From contig NC_086108.1 of the NCBI RefSeq assembly GCF_963921235.1, positions 63,552,001 through 63,616,000 of the forward strand: a stretch of DNA of 64,000 bases, read 5' to 3'. The notes under the pieces were generated by a model that worked only from the letters and a program-made list of their open reading frames with translations, did not search any database and was not told the origin of the DNA. Both the position numbers and the translations under genes were made by a program. This document shows positions 13,543-25,624 of the stretch, one piece after another. The first letter of the stretch is position 1. Each line of letters starts with the position of its first letter. Source of the stretch: Mobula hypostoma. Its lineage: Eukaryota.

Positions 13543-13787
13543 AAAAGGATCAAAACATTTGTAACTTTTCACCTGCTTTCAGTTTAGTTTGTTGCACCTT
13601 GCAGCTACTGATAAAGTCAATAGGTTTGATGGTTTTTTCACAACTTGCTGCTGACAGTACTGAAAATGAAATTGGCATGCGTGATGCAGATCAATGGCGA
13701 TTTAAACTGAAAAAATTGTGGAGTAAATAGCTAAGTTCCAAGCAAGACTTTTTCATAGTTTAAATTGTTCAATATTTTGTTTTATAG

Positions 13788-13870
13788 AGAGAAGTTGCAT
13801 GATGCTCAAGATGAGCTACAGAAAAAGAATGAGCTTATTGAAGAATTACAGCATGAAATACAGCAGAGAT
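13788..13870 (+). pseudogene. HOOK1: HOOK1-like exon (83 nt)
   Basis: Acceptor ttttgttttatAG, donor GTaaaa. Encodes EKLHDAQDELQKKNELIEELQHEIQQR; phases 2/1 fit the neighbouring exons. Confidence 0.88.
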
Positions 13871-13903
13871 GTAAAAGTATAAACAGCACTATATTAGAGA
13901 GAT

Positions 13904-14202
13904 GTGTTGGCGTGTGGCCAAGTGGTTAAGGCGTTCATCTAGTGATCTGAAGGTCGCTAGTTCGAGCTTGGCTGAGGCAACATGTTGTGTCCTTGAGCAA
14001 GGCACTTAACCACACATTGCTCTGCGACGACACCGGTGCCAAGCTGTATAGGTCCTAATGTCCTTCCCTTGGACAACATCGGTGGCGTGTAGAGGGGAGA
14101 CTTGCAGCCGGTCTTCCATACAACCTTGTCCAGCCCTGCGCCCTGGACACCTTCCAAGGTGCAAATCCATGGTCTCACGAGACTAATGGACGCCTTAAAA
14201 AA
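13904..14202 (+). mobile_element. tRNA-derived SINE with CORE-like domain and RTE-like tail; 11-bp TSD
   Basis: A box tggccaagtgg, B box agttcgagc, CORE-like tgtgtccttgagcaaggcacttaacc, short A tail. TSD attagagagat at 13893-13903 and 14203-14213. Confidence 0.88.
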
Positions 14203-14323
14203 ATTAGAGAGATCTAATCTTCCAAATAAATTGTCATAATGTTAACAAGAGTAAGCAAACTATAGGAGTAATGGAACAAAATAAGGATTGATAACAATTG
14301 TGCAAAAAGGAAAGCAGATATGT

Positions 14324-16160
14324 CCATAAGATCATAAGACCATAAGACACTTCACTACTGACTCAACCTGGAGGTTAACTTTAAGGGTGTCCTGTACGAG
14401 GAATCCCAAGTCCCGTTGCATCTCAGAACTTTGAATTCTTTCCCCATTTAAATAATAGTCTGCCCGTTTATTTTTTCTGCCAAAGTGCATAACCATACAC
14501 TTTCCAACATTATACTTCATTTGCCACTTCTCCGCCCATTCTTCCAATCTATCCAAGTCTCTCTGCAGAATCTCCATTTCCTCAGCACTACCAGCCCCTC
14601 CACCTATCTTCGTATCATCAGCAAACTGAGCCACAAAGCCATCTATTCCATAATCTAAATCGTTGATGTACAATGTAAAAAGAAGCGGCCCCAACACTGA
14701 TCCCTGTGGAACACCACTGGTAACCGGCAGCCAACCAGAATAGGATCTCTTTATTCCCACTCTCTGTTTCCTGCCAATCAGCCAACGCTCTATCCACGTA
14801 TGTAACTTTCTCGTAATTCCATGGGCTCTTATCTTGTCAAGTAGCCTCATGTGTGGCACCTTGTCCAAGGCCTTCTGAAAATTCAAATATACAACATCCA
14901 CTGCATCACCCTTGTCTAGCCTACTGGTAATTTCCTCAAAAAATTGTAATAGATTTGTCAGGCAGGATTTTCCTTTAAGGAATCCATGCTGAGTTCTGCC
15001 TATCTTGTCATATGCCTCCAGGTACTCTGTAACCTCATCCTTGACAATCGACTCCAACAACTTCCCAACCACCGATGTCAAGCTAACAGGTCTATAATTT
15101 CCTTTTTGCTTCCTTGCCCCCTTCTTAAATAGCAGAGTGACATTTGCAATCTTCCAGTCCTCCGGACCCATGCCAGAATCTATCGACTTTTGAAAGATCA
15201 TCGCTAATGCCTCTGCAATCTCCACAGCTACTTCCTTCAGAACACGAGGGTGCATTCCATCTGGTCCAGGAGATGTATCTACATTTGGCCTATTCAGCTT
15301 CCTGAGTACTTTCTCTGTCGAAATTGTGACTGCGCACACTTCTCTTCCCTGCCACCCTTGAGTGTCCGATATACTGCTGTCTTCCTCAGTGAAGACTGAT
15401 GCAAAATACTTGTTCAGTTCCTCTGCCATCTCCTCATCTCCCATTACAATTACTCCAGCATCATTTTCTATCGGTCCTATATCTACTCTCACCTGTCTTT
15501 TACTCTTTATATACTTGAAAAAGCTTTTAGTATCCTCTTCGATATTATTTGCTAGCTTCCTTTCATAGTTAATCTTTTCTCTCTTAATGACCTTCTTGGT
15601 TTCCTTTTGTAAGGTTTTAAAAACTTCCCAATCCTCTCTCTTCCCACTAATTTTTGCTTCCTTGTATGCCCTCTCTTTTGCTTTAACTTTGGCTTTGACT
15701 TCTCTTGTCAACCATGGTTGCATCCTTTTTCCACTCAAAAATTTCTTCTTTTTTGGAATATCCCTGTCTTGCACATTCCTCATTTCTCGCATAAACTCCA
15801 GCCACTGCTGCTCTGCTGTCTTTCCCGCCAGTGTCTCTTTCCAGTCAACTTTGGCCAGTTCCTCTCTCATGCCAGTGTAATTTCCTTTACTCCACTGAAA
15901 TACCAACACATCAGATTTCGGCTTCTCTTTTTCTAATTTCACAGTGAACACAATCATGTTATGATCACTGCATCCTAAGGGTTCCTTCACCTCAATCTCT
16001 CCAATCACCTCCAGTTCATTACACAATACCCAATCCAGTACAGCCGATCCCCTAGTGGGCTCAACAACAAGCTGTTCAAAAAAGCCATCTCGCAGACGTT
16101 CTACAAATTCTCTCTCTTGAGATCCAGTGCCGACCTGATTTTCCCAATCTACTCGCATGT
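14324..16160 (-). mobile_element. CR1 LINE with a 608-codon open ORF2 segment and an internal 3' deletion
   Basis: Endonuclease end (LDWVL..SDH), linker and RT (NYRPVSLTS, GVPQGSVLGP, FADD). The (TCTTATGG)-type tail is joined directly after VESVVK. Confidence 0.9.
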
Positions 16161-16237
16161 CTTTGATCTTTCGCTAGGATTGGGAAGTGTTTTGTATGAG
16201 ATCTGGAAAAGAAGGTGCAGAATAGAACAAAAACACA

Positions 16238-16795
16238 AAGTTCAAAGTATAATTTATTAACAAAATACATACATGTCACCGCATATAACCCAGAGATGTT
16301 ATTTCTTTTTCTGCAGGAATACTTAGTAAATCTATAGAAAAGTAACTATAAACAAGATCTATAAAGTGTAAGCATCAGGAACTGTAAACTAATCAAACTT
16401 CTAATACAGATATAAATAAATAAATAACAATAAATAATGAGCGCAAAATAACAATTTAGGAGTCCTTAAATGACTGTAGCTGTCCTCTGTTGTTCAAGAG
16501 CCCAATGGTTGAGGGGTAGAAACTCTCCTTGAACTTGGTAGTGCAAGTCCTGAGGCATCTGTACCTCCTGCCTGATGGCAGCAGTGAGAAAAGAACATGA
16601 CCTGTGTGGTGAGGATCTTTGATGATGGATGCTGTTTTTCTACGGCAATGTTTCACATACATGTGCTCAATGGTTGGGAGGCTTTTACCCAGGAGGTACC
16701 AGGCAAATCCACTGCCTTTTATAGGATTTTCCATTCAAAGACATTAGTGTTCCTATATCAGGCTGTGATGCATATTTCCACCACATAGCTATCGA
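16238..16795 (-). mobile_element. Rex/Babar LINE 3' fragment
   Basis: LPTIEHMY..CRRKTASIIKDPHHTGHVLFSLLPSGRRYR; tail aataaa...tactttgaactttg. Confidence 0.8.
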
Positions 16796-17408
16796 ATTCT
16801 TAAGGCATTATAACACATGAACATGTTAAGAAAATGATCTTTCAAATAAATTGCCAAGTTAAGAGTGTAGTCTTTAAAATGAATAAGCAGCAAACAGAAA
16901 ATTAGTAAATCATTTGTGATAAAGGAAAACAATGAAAAGAAACATTAATGACAGGAAGAAAGGAAGAAAGATGTTGGGATGCCATGAAGTTGTGTAAGTT
17001 GCTATATAAAGTTCTCTCTTCTATTAAGGTGCTTTATCAGAATTACATGAAATAAATACATTTAAATTCATATTCACTGAGAGATATGTTCCTACTACTT
17101 AAAAGTAAATTAGTTCTCTGAAGCATTCTGACCCATGCTTGGTCTTTATAAACTATTCAAATCCTCTACATGTAGTATTCAATAGGAATTTAATACACTT
17201 CATATAAAAACAATTTTTAGAATTTAAGTTGCTGTTCAACTTCCTATTGCATGATGCTTGTATAATTTATTTCATAAAACATGAAAATATAATGACCCTT
17301 TACTAACAATTTAATGTAACAGAAATCAGACTTGTATCATTTGCCCTCAAATGCAATTAAATTTTATTGCAATTAAACAAGTTTAAATTGCAAATCTTAT
17401 CATTCTAG

Positions 17409-17509
17409 CTCAAAGTAGTGAGGAATTGCAACGTGGGTTAACTAAAAAAGATGAAGATATGCGGGCAATGGAGGAAAGGTACAAAATGTACCTTGAGAAA
17501 GCTCTTAAT
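17409..17509 (+). pseudogene. HOOK1: HOOK1-like exon (101 nt)
   Basis: Acceptor cattctAG, donor GTgagt. Encodes QSSEELQRGLTKKDEDMRAMEERYKMYLEKALN, the hallmark HOOK motif. Confidence 0.93.
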
Positions 17510-19261
17510 GTGAGTGCACATTTCAAGATTACTTGTGGATTCTGACTTGCCAGTTCTTCTGCATTTTTTTACATTGATGTTCCCCATTGCTTCTTTTTCA
17601 CTTTAGTCTGAGAGTTGCCTGATGGTAAATATACATTTTAAAAAATGCCAGACTGAATGGATCTGAGATGATATATGGAAAATAATTTCAGTAATTTATT
17701 TTACTGATAACTGATTTTTTTCACAGTAAATAGTAGATCTTATAGGTGCTGGAGACATTTTATTTTTGATTTTCATGTTACTTTTTCCAAGTTGAACATA
17801 TCAATTTCTCTACTTTTTCCTCTCACTTCCTGCCTGATGTTGGGAAAAATACACTTATTTTGTTGTTTATAATTAAAACATTCCAGACCAACTAGCCCAT
17901 CAACTGTGCTTCATTAAATAGTTCCAATAAAACCATCCAAAATCTCAACTCCATGTAACTTTAGTATTTGGCATTGAAAATAGAGCTTGTTAAGGTTTTG
18001 TGAAGAATACAACTTTCAAAAAGAGTTACTTATCTGATGGGACTGTTGTCTTCAACTTCAGTTGTGGGAGCTAAGATTAAATAGAATATACACTAGATAA
18101 TCATAAAATTAACTCTGTAGAGTCAGTTTTTTTTAAATAATAGTGGATTAAAATAATTCTGGCTGTTTGTGCTTCAAGTCTTATGCCAGGAGGACTATGA
18201 ATTGAAACCCAGATATGAGTTGTGGCACTTTGCTACATGTTTATGTTATGCTAAACATGTCCAGGATACGTGGGAACCAAACTGAAGAGACGGAGGAAGG
18301 GGCAGCTGGCTCATAAATCGAGAAAGTTTGTAGACAGTGTGAAAGGGAGGATAGGTAGGTGATAGAGAAAGGATGCACCCAGACAGATGGTTTGAGATGT
18401 GTCTATTTTAATGCAAGGAGTGTCATGAACAAAGCAAATGAGCCTTGAGCGTGGGTCAGAACTTGGAGCTATGATGTTGTGCTCATTACAGAGACTTGGA
18501 TGGCTCAGGGGCACAATTGGCTACTTAGAGTGTCAGGCTTCAGATGTTTCAGAAAGGACAGGGAGGGAGGCAAAAGATGTGGGGGCATGGCACTGCTGAT
18601 CAGAGATAGTGTCACGGCTGCAGAAAACGAGTAGGTCATGGAGGGATTGTCCACTGCATCTCTTGTGGGTGGAAGTTTGAAACAGGAAGGTGTCAATAAC
18701 ATTACTGTGTGTTTATTTTAGTAGATCATCCAATAGTAACAGGGTCATCGAGGAGCAGATAGGGAGACAAGGTCTGGAACAGTGCAATAATAACAGGGTT
18801 GTCGTGATGGGAGATTTTAATTACTCTAGTATTGATTGGCTTCTCCCTGGAGCAAAGAGTTTAGATGGGGTGGAGTTTGTTAGGTGTGTTCAGGAAGGTT
18901 TCTGGACACAATATGTAGATAAACCTACAAGAAGAGAGGCTGTACTTGATCTGGTATTGTGAAATGAACCTGTTCAGGCGTCAGGTCTCTCAGTGGGAGA
19001 ACATTTTGGAGATAGTGATCACAATTCTGTCTCCTTTACCAGACCATTGAAGATGGATAGAAGCAGACAAGTTAGGAAAACGATTAATTGGAGTAAGGGG
19101 AATATTAAGCTATCAGGCAGGAACTTGGAAGCATAAGTTGGGAACAGATGTTCTCAGGGAAATGTACCGCAGAAATGTGGCAAATGTTCAGGGGATATTT
19201 GCGTGGTATTCTACGTGGGTGCGTTCCAAGGAGACAGAGAAAGGAAGGTAGGGTACCGGAA

Positions 19262-20552
19262 ACACACAAAAGATGCTGGTGAACGCAGCAGGCCAGGCAG
19301 CATTTCTAGGAAGAGGTACAGTCGACGTTTCAGGCCGAGACCCTTCGTCAGAACTAACTGAAAGAAGAGCTAGTAAGAGATTTGAAAGTGGGAGGGGGAG
19401 GGGGAGATCTGAAATGATAGGAGAAGACTGGAGGGGGAGAGATGGAGCCAAGAGCTGGACAGTTGATTGGCAAAAGGGTATGAGAGGATCATGGGACAGG
19501 AGGCCCAGGGAGAAAGAAAAGGGGGAGGGGGGGGGAAGCCCAGAGGATGAGGGACAGAGGGAGAAAAAGAAGAGAGAGAAAAAGAATGTGTGTATATAAG
19601 TAAATAAATAACGGATGGGGTACGAGGGGGAGGTGGGGCATTAGTGGAAGTTTGAGAAGTCAATGTTCATGCCATCAGGTTGGAAGCTACCCAGACGGAA
19701 TATAAGGTGTTGTTCCTCCAACCTGAGTGTGGCTTCATCTTGACAGTAGAGGAGGCCGTGGATAGGCATATTAGAATGGGAATGGGATGTGCAATTAAAA
19801 TGTGTGGCCCCTGGCAGATCATGCTTGCTCTGGCGGACAGAGCGTAGGTCTTCAGCGAAACGGTCCCCCAGGCTGCGTCGGGTCTCGCCAATATATAGAA
19901 GGCCGTATCGGACGCAGTATATCACCCCAGCCGACTCACAGGTGAAGTGTCACCTCACCTGGAAGGTCTGTCTGGGGCCCTGAATGGTGGTAAAGGAGGA
20001 AGTGTAAGGGCATGTGTAGCACTTGTTCCGCTTACAAGGATAAGTGCCAGGAGGGAGATCAGTGGGGAAGGATGGGGGGTACGAATGGACAAGGGAGTCG
20101 CGTAGGGAGCTATCCCTGCGGAAAGCAGAAAGTGGGGGGGGAGGGAAAAATGTGCTGAGTGGTGGGATCCCGTTGGAGGTGGCAGAAGTTACGGAGAATT
20201 ATATGTTGGACCCGGAGACTGGTGGGGTGGTAGGTGAGGACAAGGGGAACCCTATTCCTAGTGGGGTGGCAGGAGGATGGAGTGAGAACAGATGTGCGTG
20301 AAATGGGGGAGATGCATTTGAGAGCAGAGTTGATGGTGGAGGAAAGGAAGCCCCTTTCTTTAAAAAAGGAGGACATCTCCTTTGTCCTGGAATGAAAAGC
20401 CTCATCCTGAGAGCAGATGCGGTGGAGACGGATGAATTGCAAGAAGGGGATGGCATTTTTGCAAGAGACAGGGTGAGAAAAGGAATAGTCCAGATAGCTG
20501 TGAGAGTCAGTAGGCTTACAGTAGACATCAGTAGATAAGCTGTCTCCAGAGA
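19262..20552 (-). mobile_element. Penelope-like element (RT thumb + GIY-YIG endonuclease + terminal repeat) nested in CR1
   Basis: STDVYCKPTDSHSYLDY..HP; IYCVRYGLLYIGETRRSLGDRFAE..H...EEQHLIFRLG..QPDGMN. Imperfect TSD taccggaa (19254-19261) / tacaggaa (20553-20560). Confidence 0.9.
19319..19356 (-). ncRNA. Minimal type I hammerhead ribozyme motif (PLE-associated)
   Basis: Minus strand reads tagtt-CTGACGA-agg(gtctcgg)cct-GAAA-cGTC-gactg: intact core, helix II, palindromic ACGT helix III and helix I. Confidence 0.75.
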
Positions 20553-23500
20553 TACAGGAACCATGGGCTGTTGAGAATCTAGTCAAGAAGAAAAGAAAAG
20601 CTTATGAAAGTTTCAAAAAACTAGGTAATGATAGAGATCTAGAAAATTATAAGGCAAGCAGGAAGGAGCTTAAGAATGAAATTAGGACAGCCAGAAGGGG
20701 CCAATGGAGACCTTGGCGAGCAGGATTAGGGAAATCACCAAGGCATTCTATAAGTATGTGAAGAGCAAGAGGATAAGGTGTGAGAGAATAGGACCAATCA
20801 AGTGTGACAGTGGAAAAGTGTGTAACGAACCAGGGTAGGTAGCAGAGGAACTTAATGAATACTTTGCTTCAGTATTCATTACAGAAAAGGATCTTGGCGA
20901 TTGTAGGGACGACTTACAGGAGACTGAAAAGCTCGAGCTTATAGACATTAAGAAAGAGGATGTGCTGGAGCTTTTGGAAAGCATCAAGTTGGATAAGTCA
21001 CTGGGACCAGAGGAGATATACCCCAGGCTCCTGGGGGAGGCAAGGGAGGAGATTGCTGAGCCTCTGGCAATGATCTTTGCATCATCAATAGGGACAGGAG
21101 AGGTTCCTGAGGATTGGAGGGTTGCAGATGTTGTTCCCTTATTCAAGAAAGGGAATCGAGATAGTCCAGGAAATTATAGACCAGTGAGTCTTACTTCAGT
21201 GGTTAGTAAGTTGATGGAGAAGATCCTGAGAGGCAGGATTTATGAATATTTGGAGAGGCATAATATGATTAGGAATAGTCAGCATGGCTTTGTCAAGGGC
21301 AGGTCATGCCTTACGAGCCTGATTGAATTTTTTGAGGATGTGACTAAACGCCTTAAAGAAGGTAGAGCAGTAGATGTAGTGTATATGGATTTCAGCAAAG
21401 CATTTGGTAAGGTACCTTATGCAAGGCTTATTGAGAAAGTAAGAAGGCATGGGATCCAGGGGGACATTGCTTTGTGGCTCCAGAACTGGCTTGCCCACAG
21501 AAGGCAAAGAGTGGTTGTAGACAGGTCATATTCTGCATGGAGGTCAGTCACCAGTGCTGTGCCTCAGGGATCTGTTCCGGGACCCCTTCTCTTCGTGATT
21601 TTTATAAATGACTTGGATGAGGAATTGGAGAGATGGGTTAGTAAATTTGCTGATGACACAAAGGTTGGGGGTGTTATGGATAGTGTGGAGGGCTGTCAGA
21701 GGTTACAGCGGGATATCGATAGGATACAAAACCTGGCTGAGCAGTGGCAGATGGAGCTCAATCCAGAAAAGTGTGAGATAATTCATTTTGGTAGGTCAAA
21801 TATGATGGCAGAATATCGTATTAATGGTAAGACTCTTGGCAGTGTGGAGGATCGGAGGGATCTTGGGGTCCGAGTCCATAGGACACTTGAAGCTGCTGCG
21901 CTGGTTGAATGTGTGGTTAAGAAAGCATGTGGTGCATTGGCCTTCATCAATCGTGGGATTGAGTTCAAGAGCCGAGAGGTAATGTTACAGCTGTATGGGA
22001 CCCTAGTCAGACCCCACTTGGAGAACTGTGCTCAGTTGTGGTCACCTCACTACAGGAAGAATGTGGAAACTATAGAAAGGATGCAGAGGAGATCTACAAG
22101 AATGTTGTCTGGATTGGGGGGCATGCCTTATGAGGATAGGTTGAGTGAACTTGGCCATTTCTCCTTAAACTGACGGAGGATGAGAATTGACCTGATAGAG
22201 GTGTATAAGATGATGAGAGGCATTGATCATGTGTATCGTCAGAGGCTTTTTCCCAGGGCTAAAATGGGTAACACGAGAGGGCACAGTTGTAAGGTGCTTG
22301 GAAGTTTGTACAGAGGAGATGTCACGTGTAAGTTTTTTTACGTGGAGAGTGGTGAGAGCGTGGAATGGGCTGCTGGTGACAGTGGTGTAGGCGGATACAA
22401 TAGGGTCTCTTAAGAGACTGCTGGATAGGTACATGGAATTAGAAAAATAGAGGGCTATGGGTAACCCTAGGTAATTTCAAAAGTAACTACATGTTCGACA
22501 CAACATTGTGGGCCGAAGGGCCTGTATTGTGCTGTCGGTTTTCTATGTCTCTATATCAAAATGTCCAAAGACATTGCTGAGTACATATTTGGGCTATGGC
22601 CTTCAGCTGCCTCTAAGTTTTCTAAGTATATTTCTCAGCTCCTCTGCAAATGAATCATTGGACAAAGTATTGCTTTTCTACCTTAGAAGAGAAGAAGTAA
22701 TGATTGCCACCCCTCACTCATCCAACTGGGTTAAACATCTGGACTCTCATCTTTAGCAGCAGATGGGCACTGTAAATGAGTCCACGATGGTATAGACTTC
22801 TATTGCCATGACTAAAATGAACTAGTAATCCCTAACTGTATGGACTTTGTCATGGACAATTGCAGGAATTAGTTGTATAGCAGGCCCTTGGAGAACAACA
22901 GAGTAAGTCTCAATGAAGTCTGGAATGATCTTTAATTTGAAAGATGAAGAACATTAGAAGCCGTAGTGATATTTTGGCATGAATATATTCTACTTTATGG
23001 AAAGAGTAGATATCTGTCACAGTTCAATTTCCTAAGCTGTCTCTGGGGGCTGAGAGCCTTTTCTACCAACAGTAAGCATCAGAAAATGCTACATTGTCTC
23101 TTCATTTTTAAAAAAAATATATTTAGGACAAAGTTCATCAGCAGATTCTTGTTTATATTAGTTGAGCAGAAATGAAAATAGTTCACGCCATTAACTCAGA
23201 TTTATATTAATCTTTGGAACAGAGGGGACTGTAAATGCTAAGCCATTAAGTACATTCAAGCCAGGTATTAAGATGCTATGGGACAGGACTAGTACAAGGA
23301 GGTGGAGTTTGGGGTCAACCATGCTGTTATTGAAAACAAAACTAATTCAAAGGACCAAATAGACCCTGTTAATTAAGTTCATACCAGACATCATAAATGA
23401 CCAAATGTTCAATCTAATTTTGTAACTTACCAAGAGCTTCTACAGAAGTTGCCTCTAGTGCATATAAGTTAAGAAATCTCATTGAAAGCCCTTCCCACTC

Positions 23501-23594
23501 TCCCCACACTCTAGTGAAATGATGTTATGTTTCATCAGTTTTTATAGAGGATATTTTTTGAAAAATTATTACATTGTTTATATCCCATATCTAG

Positions 23595-23696
23595 GTGATT
23601 AAAGCTCTGGACCCATAACAGAACCCCGTGACTACAGAAATCCAGGCACTCAAAACTCAAATCATTGAGAGGGACAGAAAAATATAGATGCTGCAG
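23595..23696 (+). pseudogene. HOOK1: HOOK1-like exon (102 nt) with two in-frame stops
   Basis: Acceptor atctAG, donor GTatga. Reads VIKALDP*QNPVTTEIQALKTQIIERDRKI*MLQ, with TAA at 23616-23618 and TAG at 23685-23687. Confidence 0.9.
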
Positions 23697-24124
23697 GTAT
23701 GATGATGTTTATAATTTTGGGATATGAACAAGAAGGAGGCTCCTCAGAGGAGGAATATGTGGGCAGTTTCTGAAATATACATACATATGTTTAAACATGG
23801 AAAATCCAGAAGAAACAACAAATTTCATGACATATGCTAGTGATATTAAACCTGATGCTGATACTGAAGTTGTGTTGTGTGCTATTCCACTTTTTCACAG
23901 AGTGTGATGTGCTGTTAATTTGGAGTCAATTAGAAATCAATTATTTTAGCATGTTATATTACATGCTGTTGCAATCAATTGCATTGTTGAAATAATTGTA
24001 CCTCTTTTAAACAAGATGCCAACCTATAATTACTGCTAACCAAGATTTTCAACCTAATATTTAATTTTATGACTGGAGTCTAATGAGAATAGTTTTAAGA
24101 AATCAGCCTCACTTAGATTTTCAT

Positions 24125-24760
24125 TAAAGTTCTAAGTACATTTATTATCCAAGTACATTTATGTCACTATATGCAACTTTGAGATTCATTTTCGTGTGAG
24201 CGTACTTAATATATCCGATAACCGTAACAAAGTCCATGGAAAAACCACACAAAACAGGGTGGACAACGAGTTTTCAAAAGACAACAAACTGTGGAAATAC
24301 AGAAGAAACAATAAGAAAAACTAGTAGTAAAGTGAGTCGATAGTTTGTGGGAGCAGTTTAGTGATGGGGTAAGTAAAGTTGAGTGAAGTTATTCCCTTTG
24401 ATTCAAGAGCCTGACGGCTGGGGAAGTAACCATTCCTGAACCTGATGGTGTGAGTCCTGAGGGTCCTGTACCATCTTCCTGATGGCAGAAAAAGAAGAGA
24501 ACATGACCTGGGTGGTGGGTCCCTGATGATGGATCCTGCTTTCCTGCGACAATGTTCCTTGTGGATATGCTCAATGGTGGGGAGGACTTTACCCGTGATG
24601 GACTGGGCAGCATCCACTATATTTCTTAGTATTTTCCATTCAAGGGCATTGGTGTTTCCATACCTGGCTGTGATGAAGCCAACCAGTGTGCTTTCCACCA
24701 CACTTCTGTAGAAGCTTGTCAAAAGTTTACATGTCGTAGTGAATCTTCACAAACCTTGAA
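24125..24760 (-). mobile_element. Rex/Babar LINE 3' fragment
   Basis: FYRSVVESTLVGFITARYGN...LPTIEHI...LPSGRWYR. Confidence 0.8.
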
Positions 24761-24977
24761 GGAAGATTTCACATTCTTTGTCAAGGCTTGTTCCTGTGTA
24801 ACTGCTCCAGACCAGTCTGGGAGATGGTGTTGTCCAATGGTGTTCAGTAGTGTTCAAGTATATTCGAATGCCAATGTATTTTGAACGCCACTAGACAAAG
24901 GGAGCAGCATCAGCATGAGCAACATTACAGAGGACAATAGCACACTCATTTTTAACTCAGTTTATTCTTGTTTTAAA

Positions 24978-25237
24978 AACACAGACACAAGGAAATCTGC
25001 AGATGCTGGAAATTCAAGCAACCCACACAAAAATTGCTGGTGAACGCAACAGGCCAGGCAGCGGCTATAGGAAGAGGTACAGTTGACATTTCGAGCTGGG
25101 ACCCTTTGTCAGGACTAATGAAAGAAGAGATAGTAAGAGGATTTCTTACTAGCTCTTAGTATAGTAATCTCTTACTATTTCTTCTTTCAGTTAGTCCTGA
25201 CAAAGGGTCCCAGCCCGAAAAGTCGACTGTACCTCTT
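24978..25237. repeat. Inverted pair of PLE terminal repeats (hairpin)
   Basis: 25072-25139 is roughly 90% identical by eye to the reverse complement of 25169-25237; both arms include the hammerhead-like segment. Confidence 0.85.
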
Positions 25238-25555
25238 ACTCTTGGTTTTTGCCATTTTTTATGTTCCAGGTTAGCAAAGAAATTCAGCAAGACTTTGGGG
25301 GTAATATTCCCATCGAGCAATTTTAATTGTGGAACAATCTGAGATATTTATTGTTGCCTTTACTGATTTTACTATTTAATGTCATAGTAAATGCAATATT
25401 CTCCCATCAAAATAGATTAACATGTATAATATGTAGAAAATAACTGTACATTTCCATCTGCAGAACTCCAACTTTGAAATACATTATTTGTACATTGGAA
25501 ATACACTATCTTTCAAAGAAAACTTGAGTACTTTCTCTTTCTGTGTTTATACTAG

Positions 25556-25624
25556 CATGATTGTGAGCAAGCAAAACTTTGTGAGCATGAGGAGAACCTG
25601 TTAGTAACAGCTTGGTACAATAAG
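25556..25624 (+). pseudogene. HOOK1: HOOK1-like penultimate exon (69 nt)
   Basis: Pyrimidine tract plus actAG, donor GTaaat. Encodes HDCEQAKLCEHEENLLVTAWYNK. Confidence 0.9.

Larger units (their letters stand above)
18260..22555 (+). mobile_element. CR1 LINE spanning nearly all of ORF2 (endonuclease + RT), interrupted by a PLE
   Basis: Endonuclease motifs (YFNARSV, ITETW, MGDFN, LDLVL, SDH); 403-aa RT ORF 20962-22173; (TTCTATGT)-type tail at about 22540-22555. Confidence 0.9.

Noticed and set aside
13907..13978. tRNA gene
   Set aside because: Has A/B boxes but no sound cloverleaf; it continues into a SINE body with an A tail and TSD.
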